Positions 19,318-30,531 are shown, counted from the stretch's first letter. The stretch is 64,000 nt of DNA from an uncultured bacterium (GCA_947643145.1 CANRVD010000002.1:8360-72359); one strand, 5' to 3'. Program-made: numbers and translations. The notes: generated by a model not told the origin, from the sequence alone.

Positions 19318-22300
19318 ATGAGAAAAAAATATTTTAAGAAAGGGGTTGCGTGCCTGCTGTCTGCAGCACTGGTACTGACTGGCACAGGTGTGATGCCGGG
19401 GGCTGTGAAGACGGCAAGTGCGGCAGTAGCGGATGATGTGGCAAGTGCTTTGCTGAAAAAGTACGATATGACGTCGTCGTCAGGGATTACGGTTACTGGA
19501 ACCGGAACGGTGGCAAATGGGGAATTAACTTTGCCAGGAGGAACCTGCGGGACACAGTATGCTACGCTGGATGCTGATTTTTCACAGATTGAGGATGGGG
19601 TTACCATTGCCTTTAAAACAAAGGCAGGGGCAACAGACGGCTGGTCGCCATTGCTATGCCTAAAATGGGACGAAAATAGCTGGGCCAGTGATCCAAGTTA
19701 TACGTTTGACGATAATTTGAATTTTTGGATTTTACGTGCAGACTTAGACACGATGGGAAATGTAAAATCAAGTGCATATTGGCGGGATGCGGTATCTGAC
19801 TCTGCGCTTGTTTCCCTGCAAGTTAGTAAAGAGGCTTATGATTCTATTGCACTTACGATTGATAAAAATGCAATCAATATATACAGAAATGGAACTCTTT
19901 TTAAAACGGTAACAGAGATGGGCGGAGGTACTTTAGAGGGATTGGTTGAGTGTATTAAGAATAATTCTCCCAAACTCCGTCTTGGAAACATAAAATTTTG
20001 GGCTGCATGGAATGACTACGCAGGTTCTTATAAAGATGTTTCCATTTACAAAAGGGCATTAACCGCAACGGAAATTTCTTACCTGGTAACCGGACAAGAA
20101 GAGAAAGCGGATTCCCTGATTTCTGCACCAACTGCATCCATCAATGGAAATCAGTTGGAGATTGGATACACTACGGATATCACACCAGATTCTGTTGAGG
20201 TAGCAGTTGGCGGTACTAAGGTGAATCCACAGAATGGTAAATATCTTTACACACCTTCTAAGGCGGGAGAGTATGAGTGTACGATTACAGCGAAGAAGAG
20301 TGGATATATCAATGATGTAGAAAAGCTTACCGTAAAAGTTGCAACGGAAAACGGGAAACTTGTTTTTGACGAAGAACTTATTCAGGGGTTAAAGGTTTCT
20401 GCTGACAATACAAAGTTATCCGTATCATGGACACCGCTGAATGATGCAGCTGTGACAGCGGAGCTTGTCGCGGAGGATGGGAAGAAGGTTTCCATAGCTG
20501 CAGATGGTTCTGTGGATCTTTCCGGGCTGACAAATAAGATGACCTATACCGTTACAGCGACAGCAAAGAAGGATGGCTTTGCTACAAAAACAGCCGAGAA
20601 AACTTTTAATTACAGAAAAGGAAAACCTTTTGAGGTGCTGACTGGTACTGCATGGTGGACTGCAAATGAAGTGGGGAAAGATTATGCATTTTCCGGGAAT
20701 GGGACAATGGTTTTAGATGTTGACTTTATTGGCCCGCAGGCAGAAGCAAACGGAGCGTTTAGTGTTGAAGCACTGGATGACGATGGGAAGGTTATTACAA
20801 CTGGATCTGATATTAATATATGGGGAAATGGCTGCGGAAGTTATAATTGTGTTAATGGAACACAGCTAGCAGGTAAAATCACACCGGGCCACAAATACCG
20901 TATTACGATTGAGCGAAATAATACAAACTTTGCTATTACATATTATGATGTTACGGCAAAGAAACAGCATTGTAAGATGACTGGTTCTGCCTGTGATTTG
21001 ACAGAGAATTTCAATGTACATGTGATGGGGCAGGTTGGTTCTTTTCAGGTACATAAATGTTTTGACATACTCGATCTTTCTGCTGATACATTATCCGTGC
21101 AGAAGGGCAAGATGGGTACGCTTGAGCTGACGGAGGAGACATTCCCGGAAGAGACTACGATTACTGGAGCGACCGCTGCAGATGCTACAGTTGCTGCTGT
21201 AGAAGTAAGCGGTGGAAAAGTTGTTGTTACCGGTCTGAAAGATGGTAAAACTACAGTTACAGTAACCGGCTCAAACGGAGAAACAGCAGTCTGTGAGATT
21301 ACCGTATATGAAAAAAATATTGCGGTGACAGACGTAGCACTGAATCGACAGACAGCAACGTTGGAAGAAGGGGGCACGCTTACCCTTGTTGCAACGGTAT
21401 CTCCAGAAGAGGCAATAGAAAAAGGAGTTATCTGGAGTTCAGACAATGAGTTGGCTGCAACAGTTGACTCCAACGGAAAGGTGACCGCAGTAAAGGCCGG
21501 GACAGCTAAAATTACTGCAGCATCTAAAGAGAATGCTGCAATATTTGCAGTATGTACGGTCACAGTAAAGGAAAAGAGTCTTCCAGATGAGGAAGATAAG
21601 ACCCTGAAGGATGAAAGCCAGCTTGGAACATATCGTTCTGATTTGGCATATAATCGTGTCAGTGTGCATGACCCATCGGTTGTTCGGGACCCAAAGACAA
21701 ATAGATATTATATTTTTGGTTCTCATTGCGCATGGGCATGGTCAGATGATTTAGAAAATTGGACTTCATTTACCAATAATATTACAGAAGGGGAAAATGG
21801 ATCTGCAAATACAATTTTTGCAGATGAGATTGCATGGTGCAAAAAAGCAAATGCAAATTATTCTGTAACAGGTAACCTCTGGGCGCCGGATGTAATTTGG
21901 GATTCTTCGTATAAAAACAGCGATGGCACAACTGGTGCATGGCTGATGTATATGAGTATCAATGGCTCTGACTGGAATTCAACAATTTCCCTGCTGACAT
22001 CAGACAGACTGGATGGAAACTGGACTTATGTGGGACCTGTCATTCAGTCAGGTATGTCAAAAGGCTTTGGCGTTACTTTTGATTATGAAAAGGTTACAGG
22101 GGAAACAACCGTAAATTCCAGATATACGGATAATGTAAGCAGAGGTGGTAATCCAACGTTAGAGGCACATGCCATTGACCCATGTGTACTGTATGATGAA
22201 AATGGGGATTTGTGGATGAGCTATGGTTCCTGGTCAGGCGGTATTTCCATGATTAAGCTTGACAAAGAGACAGGTCTTCGTGATTACTCTATGGCATATG

Positions 22301-25300
22301 CAGATACCAATAATAAGGTTGTGGATGGAGTTGTTTCAGACCCATATACCGGTTATAAGATTGCAGGCGGTGGTGCAGTCAGCGGTGAAGGTTCTTATAT
22401 TAAGAAAATTGGCGATTCTTATTTCCTATTCCTTTCTTATGGTCCATATGATCCTCAGGGTGGATATAATATGCGTATATTCCGTTCCAGTGATATCAAA
22501 GGACCTTATACGGATGTAGCAGGTAAGGATGCAAGGCAGGCAGTAAATACATCAGCCGGAAATGTTACAGGTTCTACCGGTATGCGTCTGATGAGCTATT
22601 ACAAATGGAATTTTGCTGATTATGGATATACGGCACAGGGGCACAATTCTGCGACAGTTGATGCAGCAAGCGGCAAGGCATTTGTAATCTATCATAATAA
22701 ATATGACGATGGAACTGCTGCACATGAAGTCAGGGTACATCAACTGCTGACCAATGAGGATGGCTGGATATTGTCTGCACCATTTGAGTATGCTGGTGAG
22801 ACAGTAGAGTCTGCAGGATATGAGCAGAATGTATTTACTGGTGATTATGGGCTTATGCTTCAAAAGCAAAATGTAGATCATGCAAAACTTCAATGTACCG
22901 CAGAGCAGAAAATTAAGCTGGAGGCAGGAACGGAAACTGCGGACGGAGGCTATACAGGAAAAATTACAGGTGACTATACAGGCACATGGGAGTCAAAGGC
23001 AGACAGCCCATATGTAACACTGAAAATTGGAAATACAACTTATAAGGGTGTTTTCTGTGAAGGAACATTTGACGAAACAGATGTTAAGACAATGACATTT
23101 ACAGCAGTTGGAGACAATCAGGAATGCCTTTGGGGATATAAGGTGATGAGCCCAACAGTTGCAATTAGGATGACGATTGATAAAGTAATCAAGCTTCCTG
23201 ACACGGTTGCAACAGATATTCCATTGCCAACAACCGGAGTGGGCGGCAGCACAATAACTTGGAAAAGTAACAGTGCTGCAATCGCAGATGATGGCACAAT
23301 CCCTCATTTGTTTAATGAGGATTCTACTGTGAGCATGACTGCCACCATTACCAATAACGGTTATCAATTTTCAAAGAATTATGAATTTACTGTACTGGGA
23401 AATACGAAGCTTGCAAGTGAAAGCGATGTAGCTATCAAAAAGTTTTATACAGATACAGAACTTGATATGTCCAAATTGGCAGGTGGGAATTGTCCAAGTG
23501 TTCCAAATCCGTTTTATTATACACATGAGGATATCTCAAATGGTGTAAGCATTAGTTTTGATGCAGTACGCACTACGCCGATAGATCATTTGAGCAATCT
23601 TATTTCATTTAATAATAAGCTTGGGAGAATGTATTTCACTGGAGGCGGTTATCTTGGATTTAATGATTTTAATGGCCGCTTTATCGATGCAAATTTGAAT
23701 GGTGACTATACGGTAGGGAAAGATTATCTGCCTGCCAATACAAAAGTCACAATCAAAATTGAAATCACTTCCAGCGGCTTTACCGTTTATCAGAATGGTA
23801 CGAAGGTGTATTCCTTTGCAGATGTAAAATCGGGTACGGTATCTGGAAATATTGGTGGTATCAATCCTGAGCTGACAATGCTGTCATGGCTTAGAACGGC
23901 ACCTGAATTGAACTTTGGTTCAGGTAATTTCTGGGGTGATATCTTTAAGGGTAAAATCAGCAATGTGGTATGCTCTTATAAACAGCCGGAAGTAGATGTG
24001 AGTGGCAGCTCTTCTCTGAGTGGCATTTATGTGCAGGATTACGAAAAGGTAAGCAATATCAGTACCGAATGGACATCAACGAATGCACAGGGTAATCTTT
24101 CTATTGGAAGCGGAGATGCGGAGCATGGCAAATATATGCTCTATGATTTTACAGGTGAAGCTGGAACGAATAGTCGTGGTGCGCATTCATACTTTGGTGA
24201 AGATATTGAATGGCCGGATGGCTATATATTGGAATATGATATGGCATTAAAAGCAGGAAACAACCAAGGCAGTCAGGTTGCAGTGCTTACCAGTAATGCT
24301 GCTTATTCTTCTAATAATGAAAATAATGGACTTACAACGGGTTATGTATTTAAGCTGACAACAACAAATTCTGAGGTTTGGACGATTAATGATGATTCTG
24401 CTAAGACAGTGACAATTCCAAAATCGGCATGGGTACATGTTACTCTTACCGGTACAAAAGGTTCAACAGCGGCACATTTGAAGATAACAAATGGGGATAC
24501 CGTATTGTTTGATGGAGAAGTTACTGCAACAGATACAGGAACCATTAAGGGACTGTATCTGCTTGCCGGACGTTATCAGGCAACATTCAAGGTTGATAAT
24601 ATCGTGGTAAAAGACCAGGATGTAGATTACGGGGTACGTGCTGTTTATGAAAAGATACTGGCACGGGCAGAGCAGTTTGCAATGCTTCAGGAAGAATCTC
24701 CGGTATACACATCTGACTCTTATAAGGTATTGGCAGATGCGCTTACAGCAGCAAAGGATTCTGTTACCGATGCATCAACGAATGATGATTTGAATGCACA
24801 TATTGAAGCGCTTCAGGCAGCGATAGACGGCTTGCAGCGTGCATATTATACAGTTACGGTTAAATCCTCTGAAGATGGTAAAGTGACAGGGCTTGCAACA
24901 GATGGAAAATACTTTGCAGGAGACAGTATCACATTAACGGCAGTACCAAATGAAGGCTATGAGTTCGGTGGCTGGAAAGTGGGTGATGAGATTGTCAGCG
25001 AGAATACGGTATATTCTGCAATGGTAGCAGGAAATATTACGATAACACCAGTATTTGAAAAGAGTGAGGCACCTGCACCGACACCAACACCAGGTGATGG
25101 CGATGATACGACACCAACACCAACGCCGGATGATGGAAGTGGCACGACACCGACACCAACGCCAACAGGTGGCAGTTCTGGTAGTGGTTCCGGCGGGGGA
25201 GGATTTGATGTACCGGTAGTTATACCGCCAACACCAAGTATGACGCCGACACCAAGTATAACACCAGAACCAAGTAAAACGCCGGCGCCAAGTGACACAC

Positions 25301-25854
25301 CAAAGCCGACTACGCCTGTAGATCCGGGTACAACACCAGATATTCCAACACCTACACCGGATGTGCCAGGTACAACACCACCATCGGTTACGCCTGCACC
25401 TGCCGATAAAAATACGGTAAAGAAGGGCAATACTTATACAGTGAGCGGTAAAAAATTCAAAGTGACAAGTGTTACCTCAAAAAAGAAGACAGTTACGTTG
25501 ACGAAGGTAACAGATAAGTCACTTAAGAATTTAAAAATTGGTGCTACGGTTAAAATTAAGAACCAGACATTTAAGATTACAGAAATCGCTCCAAAGGCAT
25601 TTGCAAATTGTAAAAAACTTAAGACAGTAATTATTGGAAAAAATGTTATATCTCTTGGCGCGCAGTGCTTTGCGGGATGTTCAAGTCTTAAGAAGGTTAC
25701 GTTTAAGACAAAGATTCTGAATGCCATTGGTAAAAACGCTTTTAAGGGTATTAATAAAAAGGCAGTGATAAAAGTACCAAAGGCGCAATTGAAAAAATAT
25801 AAGAAACTGTTAAAGAAGAAGGTTCAGCCTTCCACGGTAAGAATTACAAAATAA
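19318..25854 (+). CDS. Secreted multimodular GH43 (endo-arabinanase-like) with LamG, Ig-like, FIVAR, PT-linker and LRR_5 domains
   Basis: Signal peptide MRKKYFKKG...; GH43 motifs VSVHDPS, LWAPD, AIDP, GSWSGGI, GEGSY, QGHNS; C-terminal BspA-like LRRs; ATG at 19318 after GGAGG. Confidence 0.88.
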   Translation: MRKKYFKKGVACLLSAALVLTGTGVMPGAVKTASAAVADDVASALLKKYDMTSSSGITVTGTGTVANGELTLPGGTCGTQYATLDADFSQIEDGVTIAFKTKAGATDGWSPLLCLKWDENSWASDPSYTFDDNLNFWILRADLDTMGNVKSSAYWRDAVSDSALVSLQVSKEAYDSIALTIDKNAINIYRNGTLFKTVTEMGGGTLEGLVECIKNNSPKLRLGNIKFWAAWNDYAGSYKDVSIYKRALTATEISYLVTGQEEKADSLISAPTASINGNQLEIGYTTDITPDSVEVAVGGTKVNPQNGKYLYTPSKAGEYECTITAKKSGYINDVEKLTVKVATENGKLVFDEELIQGLKVSADNTKLSVSWTPLNDAAVTAELVAEDGKKVSIAADGSVDLSGLTNKMTYTVTATAKKDGFATKTAEKTFNYRKGKPFEVLTGTAWWTANEVGKDYAFSGNGTMVLDVDFIGPQAEANGAFSVEALDDDGKVITTGSDINIWGNGCGSYNCVNGTQLAGKITPGHKYRITIERNNTNFAITYYDVTAKKQHCKMTGSACDLTENFNVHVMGQVGSFQVHKCFDILDLSADTLSVQKGKMGTLELTEETFPEETTITGATAADATVAAVEVSGGKVVVTGLKDGKTTVTVTGSNGETAVCEITVYEKNIAVTDVALNRQTATLEEGGTLTLVATVSPEEAIEKGVIWSSDNELAATVDSNGKVTAVKAGTAKITAASKENAAIFAVCTVTVKEKSLPDEEDKTLKDESQLGTYRSDLAYNRVSVHDPSVVRDPKTNRYYIFGSHCAWAWSDDLENWTSFTNNITEGENGSANTIFADEIAWCKKANANYSVTGNLWAPDVIWDSSYKNSDGTTGAWLMYMSINGSDWNSTISLLTSDRLDGNWTYVGPVIQSGMSKGFGVTFDYEKVTGETTVNSRYTDNVSRGGNPTLEAHAIDPCVLYDENGDLWMSYGSWSGGISMIKLDKETGLRDYSMAYADTNNKVVDGVVSDPYTGYKIAGGGAVSGEGSYIKKIGDSYFLFLSYGPYDPQGGYNMRIFRSSDIKGPYTDVAGKDARQAVNTSAGNVTGSTGMRLMSYYKWNFADYGYTAQGHNSATVDAASGKAFVIYHNKYDDGTAAHEVRVHQLLTNEDGWILSAPFEYAGETVESAGYEQNVFTGDYGLMLQKQNVDHAKLQCTAEQKIKLEAGTETADGGYTGKITGDYTGTWESKADSPYVTLKIGNTTYKGVFCEGTFDETDVKTMTFTAVGDNQECLWGYKVMSPTVAIRMTIDKVIKLPDTVATDIPLPTTGVGGSTITWKSNSAAIADDGTIPHLFNEDSTVSMTATITNNGYQFSKNYEFTVLGNTKLASESDVAIKKFYTDTELDMSKLAGGNCPSVPNPFYYTHEDISNGVSISFDAVRTTPIDHLSNLISFNNKLGRMYFTGGGYLGFNDFNGRFIDANLNGDYTVGKDYLPANTKVTIKIEITSSGFTVYQNGTKVYSFADVKSGTVSGNIGGINPELTMLSWLRTAPELNFGSGNFWGDIFKGKISNVVCSYKQPEVDVSGSSSLSGIYVQDYEKVSNISTEWTSTNAQGNLSIGSGDAEHGKYMLYDFTGEAGTNSRGAHSYFGEDIEWPDGYILEYDMALKAGNNQGSQVAVLTSNAAYSSNNENNGLTTGYVFKLTTTNSEVWTINDDSAKTVTIPKSAWVHVTLTGTKGSTAAHLKITNGDTVLFDGEVTATDTGTIKGLYLLAGRYQATFKVDNIVVKDQDVDYGVRAVYEKILARAEQFAMLQEESPVYTSDSYKVLADALTAAKDSVTDASTNDDLNAHIEALQAAIDGLQRAYYTVTVKSSEDGKVTGLATDGKYFAGDSITLTAVPNEGYEFGGWKVGDEIVSENTVYSAMVAGNITITPVFEKSEAPAPTPTPGDGDDTTPTPTPDDGSGTTPTPTPTGGSSGSGSGGGGFDVPVVIPPTPSMTPTPSITPEPSKTPAPSDTPKPTTPVDPGTTPDIPTPTPDVPGTTPPSVTPAPADKNTVKKGNTYTVSGKKFKVTSVTSKKKTVTLTKVTDKSLKNLKIGATVKIKNQTFKITEIAPKAFANCKKLKTVIIGKNVISLGAQCFAGCSSLKKVTFKTKILNAIGKNAFKGINKKAVIKVPKAQLKKYKKLLKKKVQPSTVRITK
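25070..25405 (+). repeat. Pro/Thr/Gly-rich low-complexity linker
   Basis: TPTPTP repeats built from ACACCA/ACGCCG units. Confidence 0.85.
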
Positions 25855-25891
25855 TTTGGCTGGCATCATGAAATACTAAAAATAAAGAAAG

Positions 25892-25933
25892 AAGCTGTGC
25901 AATAGTTGTGAGTGAACTGTTGCACAGCTTTTT
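25892..25933. terminator. Bidirectional intrinsic terminator
   Basis: AAGCTGTGCAA...TTGCACAGCTTTTT between convergent genes. Confidence 0.75.
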
Positions 25934-25938
25934 AGATA

Positions 25939-26199
25939 TCAATCTTCATAATGTCCTTTACATACAATTATCCATAGATTGCTAGATTCGTCGATATTAT
26001 AGACTAATCTGTTTTCCTTATCAATTCGTCGGCTCCAAGCTTTTCTGTGTTTCAAAGGTTCTGGTTTTCCAATGCCTTCAGATAAACCATTTCTTTCAAT
26101 ATCCTTAACTAATTCATTTATTTTTTTCAGTATCTTTTTATCCTGCATTTGTCAATATAAATAATCATCCCATGCACGATCCGACCATAATTTATTCAT
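25939..26199 (-). pseudogene. yoeB: YoeB/Txe toxin with a nonsense mutation
   Basis: MNKLWSDRAWDDYLY*QMQDKK...GKPEPLKH...WSRRID...HYED; TGA at 26152-54 where W is expected. Confidence 0.9.
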
Positions 26200-26449
26200 C
26201 GTCTTCTGCCTCTATCAGTTCGTGTTGTTGTTCCTTTCCAGAAGAGAGTTGGGCGATTCCTCTGTCAATCATAGCAAGATATTCCGCATTCTGTGCAGCC
26301 TTCGTTATCTGATTATATTTTTCTAAACTTAATATTACTACATTTTTTTCATTTTTACGGGTTACAATCACTGTTTCATTGTTATCTGTTGCTTCATCGC
26401 AATATGTTTTTAAATGATTTCTAATTGTGGAATAATTTACTGCCAACAT
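26192..26449 (-). CDS. yefM: YefM/Phd antitoxin
   Basis: MLAVNYSTIRNHLKTYCD...VIVTRKNEKNVVILSLE. Confidence 0.92.
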   Translation of the reverse strand: MLAVNYSTIRNHLKTYCDEATDNNETVIVTRKNEKNVVILSLEKYNQITKAAQNAEYLAMIDRGIAQLSSGKEQQHELIEAEDDE

Positions 26450-26465
26450 AATAATAGACCTCCTT

Positions 26466-26487
26466 TTTGTACAAATTTTTGTACAAT
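26466..26487 (-). promoter_or_regulatory. YefM-YoeB operator
   Basis: Two TGTACA palindromes (26468-73, 26480-85) 12 bp apart, as in the E. coli yefM-yoeB operator. Confidence 0.8.
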
Positions 26488-26513
26488 TATTATATCTATA
26501 TTATTATGTGTAT

Positions 26514-26786
26514 GATGTTAGGGTCAAAAGGTAAATTTTTGTATATACTTCGTCAATTTGCACAAAAGAAAAAGATAACTAAGAAAGCAGAATAATCATT
26601 TTTATCTCAGGACTGTTCGAAGCCGTTGGTGCTTAAACAGCGTCGTTTGCTGTTTTATGCCCCATTACGTGCTTCGCCAAGCGAAAGCGTGTCCTGAATG
26701 AAAATTATTATACCGCTTTCTGCATTATTGTATCATTGTTAAATTGACGAAGTCGATATGTAAATTTACCTTTTGACCTCAACATC
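26514..26786. mobile_element. Composite MITE: outer IS-type TIRs with 8-bp TSD enclosing a family C element (26547-26753)
   Basis: TIR GATGTT(AG/GA)GGTCAAAAGGTAAATTT; TSD ATGTGTAT at 26506-13 and 26787-94. Confidence 0.85.
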
Positions 26787-26928
26787 ATGTGTATGTCAAT
26801 AGAATTTATAATTCTATAATAACCCTTAAATTTGAAATTCTTTTTGCAACATGATATGCTATTATGGATGGTAAGCTATTACTTACGAAAAGTTTAGTTA
26901 TTATATGTAAAAGGAGCAAAGAATTTTT

Positions 26929-28287
26929 ATGAAAAAGAGAGGAAAAGAGAAACAAATGGGAAAGAGAAGAACAGCAAAAGATTTAGTAAGGACAGGCTGT
27001 TTGTTATGTATTGCAGTATGTCTTCTTACGGGAATTTTGACAGGAGAGAAGACGAGGGCATTGGACCAAAGTATATCATTGGGAACACAGGCGGGAGATG
27101 ATATCAATGTAAAAATGGGAGATATACTATCTTTTTCACTGAATACTACAGATGAGTCGTCAGTGTATTACAGTATGAGGGATGAAATCGCTTCTGTTAC
27201 TTATTATGTAGAAGACGATTACAATGAGGTGTTGTCTAAGCAATCGGATACCTCTTTTTTGGTGGCTGGAGCAGGAAGTGTTTATTTGACAGTTGTGGTA
27301 GAGGATAAGTATGGCGAGGAAATCAGTGAACACGACTACAGAATTGTATCGGCTATAGATATGGATAATGTAACGCTTGATAAGACCAGCATAAAAGGTT
27401 ATCGGTATGGGGAGGCATATGATTACCTGACATTTCAGGTTAAAGTGAATGGATTAGAGGGAGTTTATGCAGAGGATATTGCATTTTCTTATACTTCATC
27501 AAATGAGGATATGAGTGTATACTGCTATTTTGATAATGGGCAGATTGAAATAAGCACCTCGAGTGTGGGGGTTACCCAGTTAGAATTTACGATTAATGAC
27601 AAAGTATTTTCGTTAAAATTGACAGTCAAACAGGTGAAGCTTTCCTGCGGAACTTCTCTTCTTATGGTGGAAAAGGCTTCGAAACAGATTAAAGTACAAG
27701 GGATTTCAGGAAAAGTTACATGGGAGAGCAGTAATCCTAACGTGCTTTCCATCTCAAAAAGCGGAAAATTGAAGGCAAAGAAAACAGGAAATGCAGTAAT
27801 TATCGCCAGCGTGGGCACAGGGAAAGTTGGCTGCGCAGTTTCCGTCGTTACGGCAAAAAGAAAAAAGGTGATTGCCATGGCAAATAAAATAGGGAAAAAC
27901 TGGAAGTACAGTCAGCCAAAAAGGATGCAAAACGGTTACTACGACTGCAGCTCTTTAGTGTGGAAATCATATAAGCTGGAGAATAAATATTTCGGAATGA
28001 AGAATTATGCACCAGTTGCCGCTGATGTGGGAAAGTGGTGTGTACAGCATAAGAAACAGGTAAAAGGAAATGCATATAAAAATATCCAAAAGATGAAATA
28101 CCGTCCCGGTGCATTAACGTTCCAAACAGGAAGCAATAATGGGCGTTATAAAGGAATCTATCATGTGGAGATGTTTGCGGGATATACATTTGAAGGATTT
28201 GGTTCGGATGGAAAGCCTGTCTTAGGAACAAAATGGGCAGCAAGAGGGGATAATTATTTTTATGGAGAGTTATGGGCACAACCGTAA
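26929..28287 (+). CDS. Secreted NlpC/P60 peptidoglycan hydrolase with Ig-like domain
   Basis: Signal peptide, Big_2 motif VTWESSNPNV, catalytic YDCSSLV and downstream HVEMF. Confidence 0.85.
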   Translation: MKKRGKEKQMGKRRTAKDLVRTGCLLCIAVCLLTGILTGEKTRALDQSISLGTQAGDDINVKMGDILSFSLNTTDESSVYYSMRDEIASVTYYVEDDYNEVLSKQSDTSFLVAGAGSVYLTVVVEDKYGEEISEHDYRIVSAIDMDNVTLDKTSIKGYRYGEAYDYLTFQVKVNGLEGVYAEDIAFSYTSSNEDMSVYCYFDNGQIEISTSSVGVTQLEFTINDKVFSLKLTVKQVKLSCGTSLLMVEKASKQIKVQGISGKVTWESSNPNVLSISKSGKLKAKKTGNAVIIASVGTGKVGCAVSVVTAKRKKVIAMANKIGKNWKYSQPKRMQNGYYDCSSLVWKSYKLENKYFGMKNYAPVAADVGKWCVQHKKQVKGNAYKNIQKMKYRPGALTFQTGSNNGRYKGIYHVEMFAGYTFEGFGSDGKPVLGTKWAARGDNYFYGELWAQP

Positions 28288-28509
28288 TGTTACAATGAAG
28301 CAAAGGCATGGAACGAAGTCCTAAAACTTATTTCTATTACAAAGTAAAATGCAAAAACAGCACCTCCTGTAAGACGGATGGTGCTGTTGAGCTTATAAAT
28401 TTCTTTTAGGAGAGTACTTTCAAAATTGGCGGTCATTAACAACCGCCAATAAAAAACTTACACATTTTACTTGACAAACCCATTTTTTTTGTGCAGCAGG
28501 ATACATACT

Positions 28510-30027
28510 TTATTTTGAAATATCAATATACTGCATCTCTTTGTCAGCCGTATTTCCATTATCAATACAGATATACATATTATCCGTCATATCCTTATCT
28601 ATGATATAAGCGAAATGGAATAACTGCTCCTCGTCTGCTTTTAGTTCTTTTATCCAGTAACTTGTTCCACCTGCCGTTTCCTTAAAGTAGCAAGGCATAA
28701 AATCAATGAAAGCATCCTCTATCTTTGTCGGGCGGTTATAACGCCGGTACAATTTGGTATCATAATACGTTTTTCCTTCTTTTTCAAGAAATTTAAGTTG
28801 AGGCAGGCAAATTGTCTCAGCTTTCTTTCCGGTTTTTACTTTCATTGTCACATACACCATTTGAGGCTGAATTGTTTCTTCATCTACTACCTTATATCCT
28901 GGTTCAGATATACCATTTCCCGTTTTTAGCGTCTCACGGATATAAGGTTTTAAGACTCCCGCTTTGTTCCACAATCCCTTACATTCCTCAGAAAACTGAC
29001 TCGGATTATATCCTGCTGAATCACTCACTGCCACTTTGGAAGATACTTTCACATCTGTCACCTGATATGTTACACCGGAGTGTGTAACTAAGTCATTTAC
29101 CTGACGTATCGGGACGGTTACTTCTTTCTTATCAGTGCTGTCTGTCGTTTTCTCCATCACGGCTTTATGAGAGACACTCATATATTCATATCTGCTCGCA
29201 TTCTCCTTTGTTGATTCCTGCACGGTGCACTTTTTTGCCAAAGATATCAAATTCTCCTGTCCAAGTCCTTGCATACCGCAGTAATTAATAATATATCCAT
29301 ACTCTTCATAAAAGACATATAAATCAATTGTGTATGAGGTATTGTAATCCGAGGTATACCGGGAGCCCTTTATTGTATTTGATTCACATAAAAGTGCTTT
29401 ATGGTTATTTATTGTCATTTCTTTCATAGAAGCCTGGTCATACAAATTGATAATAGAATCCGTATCTGTATCCAGATAAATGACATTATAATAAAAGTTT
29501 TTTCCGGCTTCAAAGCCATTCTTATGAGAGTAAGAATACATTCCGTCGTATCCTTCTTTTCCCTTTTGCTTTTTCGGTGTTACCTTGCCAGATTCATTCA
29601 CTACATAATAAGTGCCATTGTCATTCAACTGGTAATTTGGTCCAAAATCTGCCTCCACCTTAATATATTTTTTTACCTTACTTGCAGTTTCGCTGTCAGG
29701 TAATATAGAAGCACTTATGGTATCTTTTGAATTTTTCACTTTGATTTCTGCCCGGTACTTATCTTTTCCAATACTAATTGTAGCATATTGCGAGATTTTT
29801 CCGGCAGCATATACACCCGTAGGCACAATTAGTGCAATGCCAAGACAGGCTGCAACCCCCATTTTCCAACTGGAAAAAATTTTTTTTCTTCCAACCCTCT
29901 CTCCTTCTAAACTGCCTTTTGACCGTTCGTACCTGTCATCCATCTCCAAAATCTGTCGATGAATTCTTTCTCTTGATGCATCTGGCATCTTTATTTTTGT
30001 ATAGGACTCTCTAATTTTATTATCCAT
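28510..30027 (-). CDS. Putative membrane anti-sigma factor
   Basis: Single TM after a short cytoplasmic N-terminus; directly follows the ECF sigma gene. Confidence 0.7.
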   Translation of the reverse strand: MDNKIRESYTKIKMPDASRERIHRQILEMDDRYERSKGSLEGERVGRKKIFSSWKMGVAACLGIALIVPTGVYAAGKISQYATISIGKDKYRAEIKVKNSKDTISASILPDSETASKVKKYIKVEADFGPNYQLNDNGTYYVVNESGKVTPKKQKGKEGYDGMYSYSHKNGFEAGKNFYYNVIYLDTDTDSIINLYDQASMKEMTINNHKALLCESNTIKGSRYTSDYNTSYTIDLYVFYEEYGYIINYCGMQGLGQENLISLAKKCTVQESTKENASRYEYMSVSHKAVMEKTTDSTDKKEVTVPIRQVNDLVTHSGVTYQVTDVKVSSKVAVSDSAGYNPSQFSEECKGLWNKAGVLKPYIRETLKTGNGISEPGYKVVDEETIQPQMVYVTMKVKTGKKAETICLPQLKFLEKEGKTYYDTKLYRRYNRPTKIEDAFIDFMPCYFKETAGGTSYWIKELKADEEQLFHFAYIIDKDMTDNMYICIDNGNTADKEMQYIDISK

Positions 30028-30030
30028 AAA

Positions 30031-30531
30031 TCATCTACTCCTTTCTTCACTGATTTCTTGTTTCAATATTTTTCTTGCCTTTTGCAGATATGTCCGTATT
30101 GTTGAATCCGGTTTGTGAAGCAGTCTGGCAATTTCCCTGCTGTTGTATCCTTCATAATAGTAAAGGTATACGATTGTTTTGTATTTTTCCGGCAAATTCA
30201 TTACCATCTCCATCATTTCATCTATGTGCTGCTCATCTTCCCCAGCTATCTCCCTGAAATCATCAAGATTTTTCTGTTTTCTAAAAGCCTGTTTTAGTAA
30301 ATCTTTGCAGTAATTAGAGGCAGTAACAATCAGCCATGCTTTCAGATGCTGTTCCGTATTAAAATGTTTTTCGGAATAGTAATATTTCAAAAATGTCTCC
30401 TGTACAGCATCCTCTGCATCCATGTGATTTTTCATAAAAGAAAAACAGAGACGGTAAATATCATCAACATACATTTCATATACTGCTGTAAATTCCTGTT
30501 CTTTGCCGGTACCTGACAAATATGTGTCCAT
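30031..30531 (-). CDS. ECF RNA polymerase sigma factor
   Basis: DAEDAVQETFLK (region 2) and YYYEGYNSREIA (region 4). Confidence 0.95.
   Translation of the reverse strand: MDTYLSGTGKEQEFTAVYEMYVDDIYRLCFSFMKNHMDAEDAVQETFLKYYYSEKHFNTEQHLKAWLIVTASNYCKDLLKQAFRKQKNLDDFREIAGEDEQHIDEMMEMVMNLPEKYKTIVYLYYYEGYNSREIARLLHKPDSTIRTYLQKARKILKQEISEERSR

Noticed and set aside
24957-25430. Antisense Gly/Val-rich ORF and other shadow ORFs inside large genes
   Set aside because: Mirror frames of real CDSs with no RBS or family motifs
26152-26154. TGA read-through or alternative genetic code in yoeB
   Set aside because: TGA is an ordinary stop in many genes here, so a nonsense mutation is simpler
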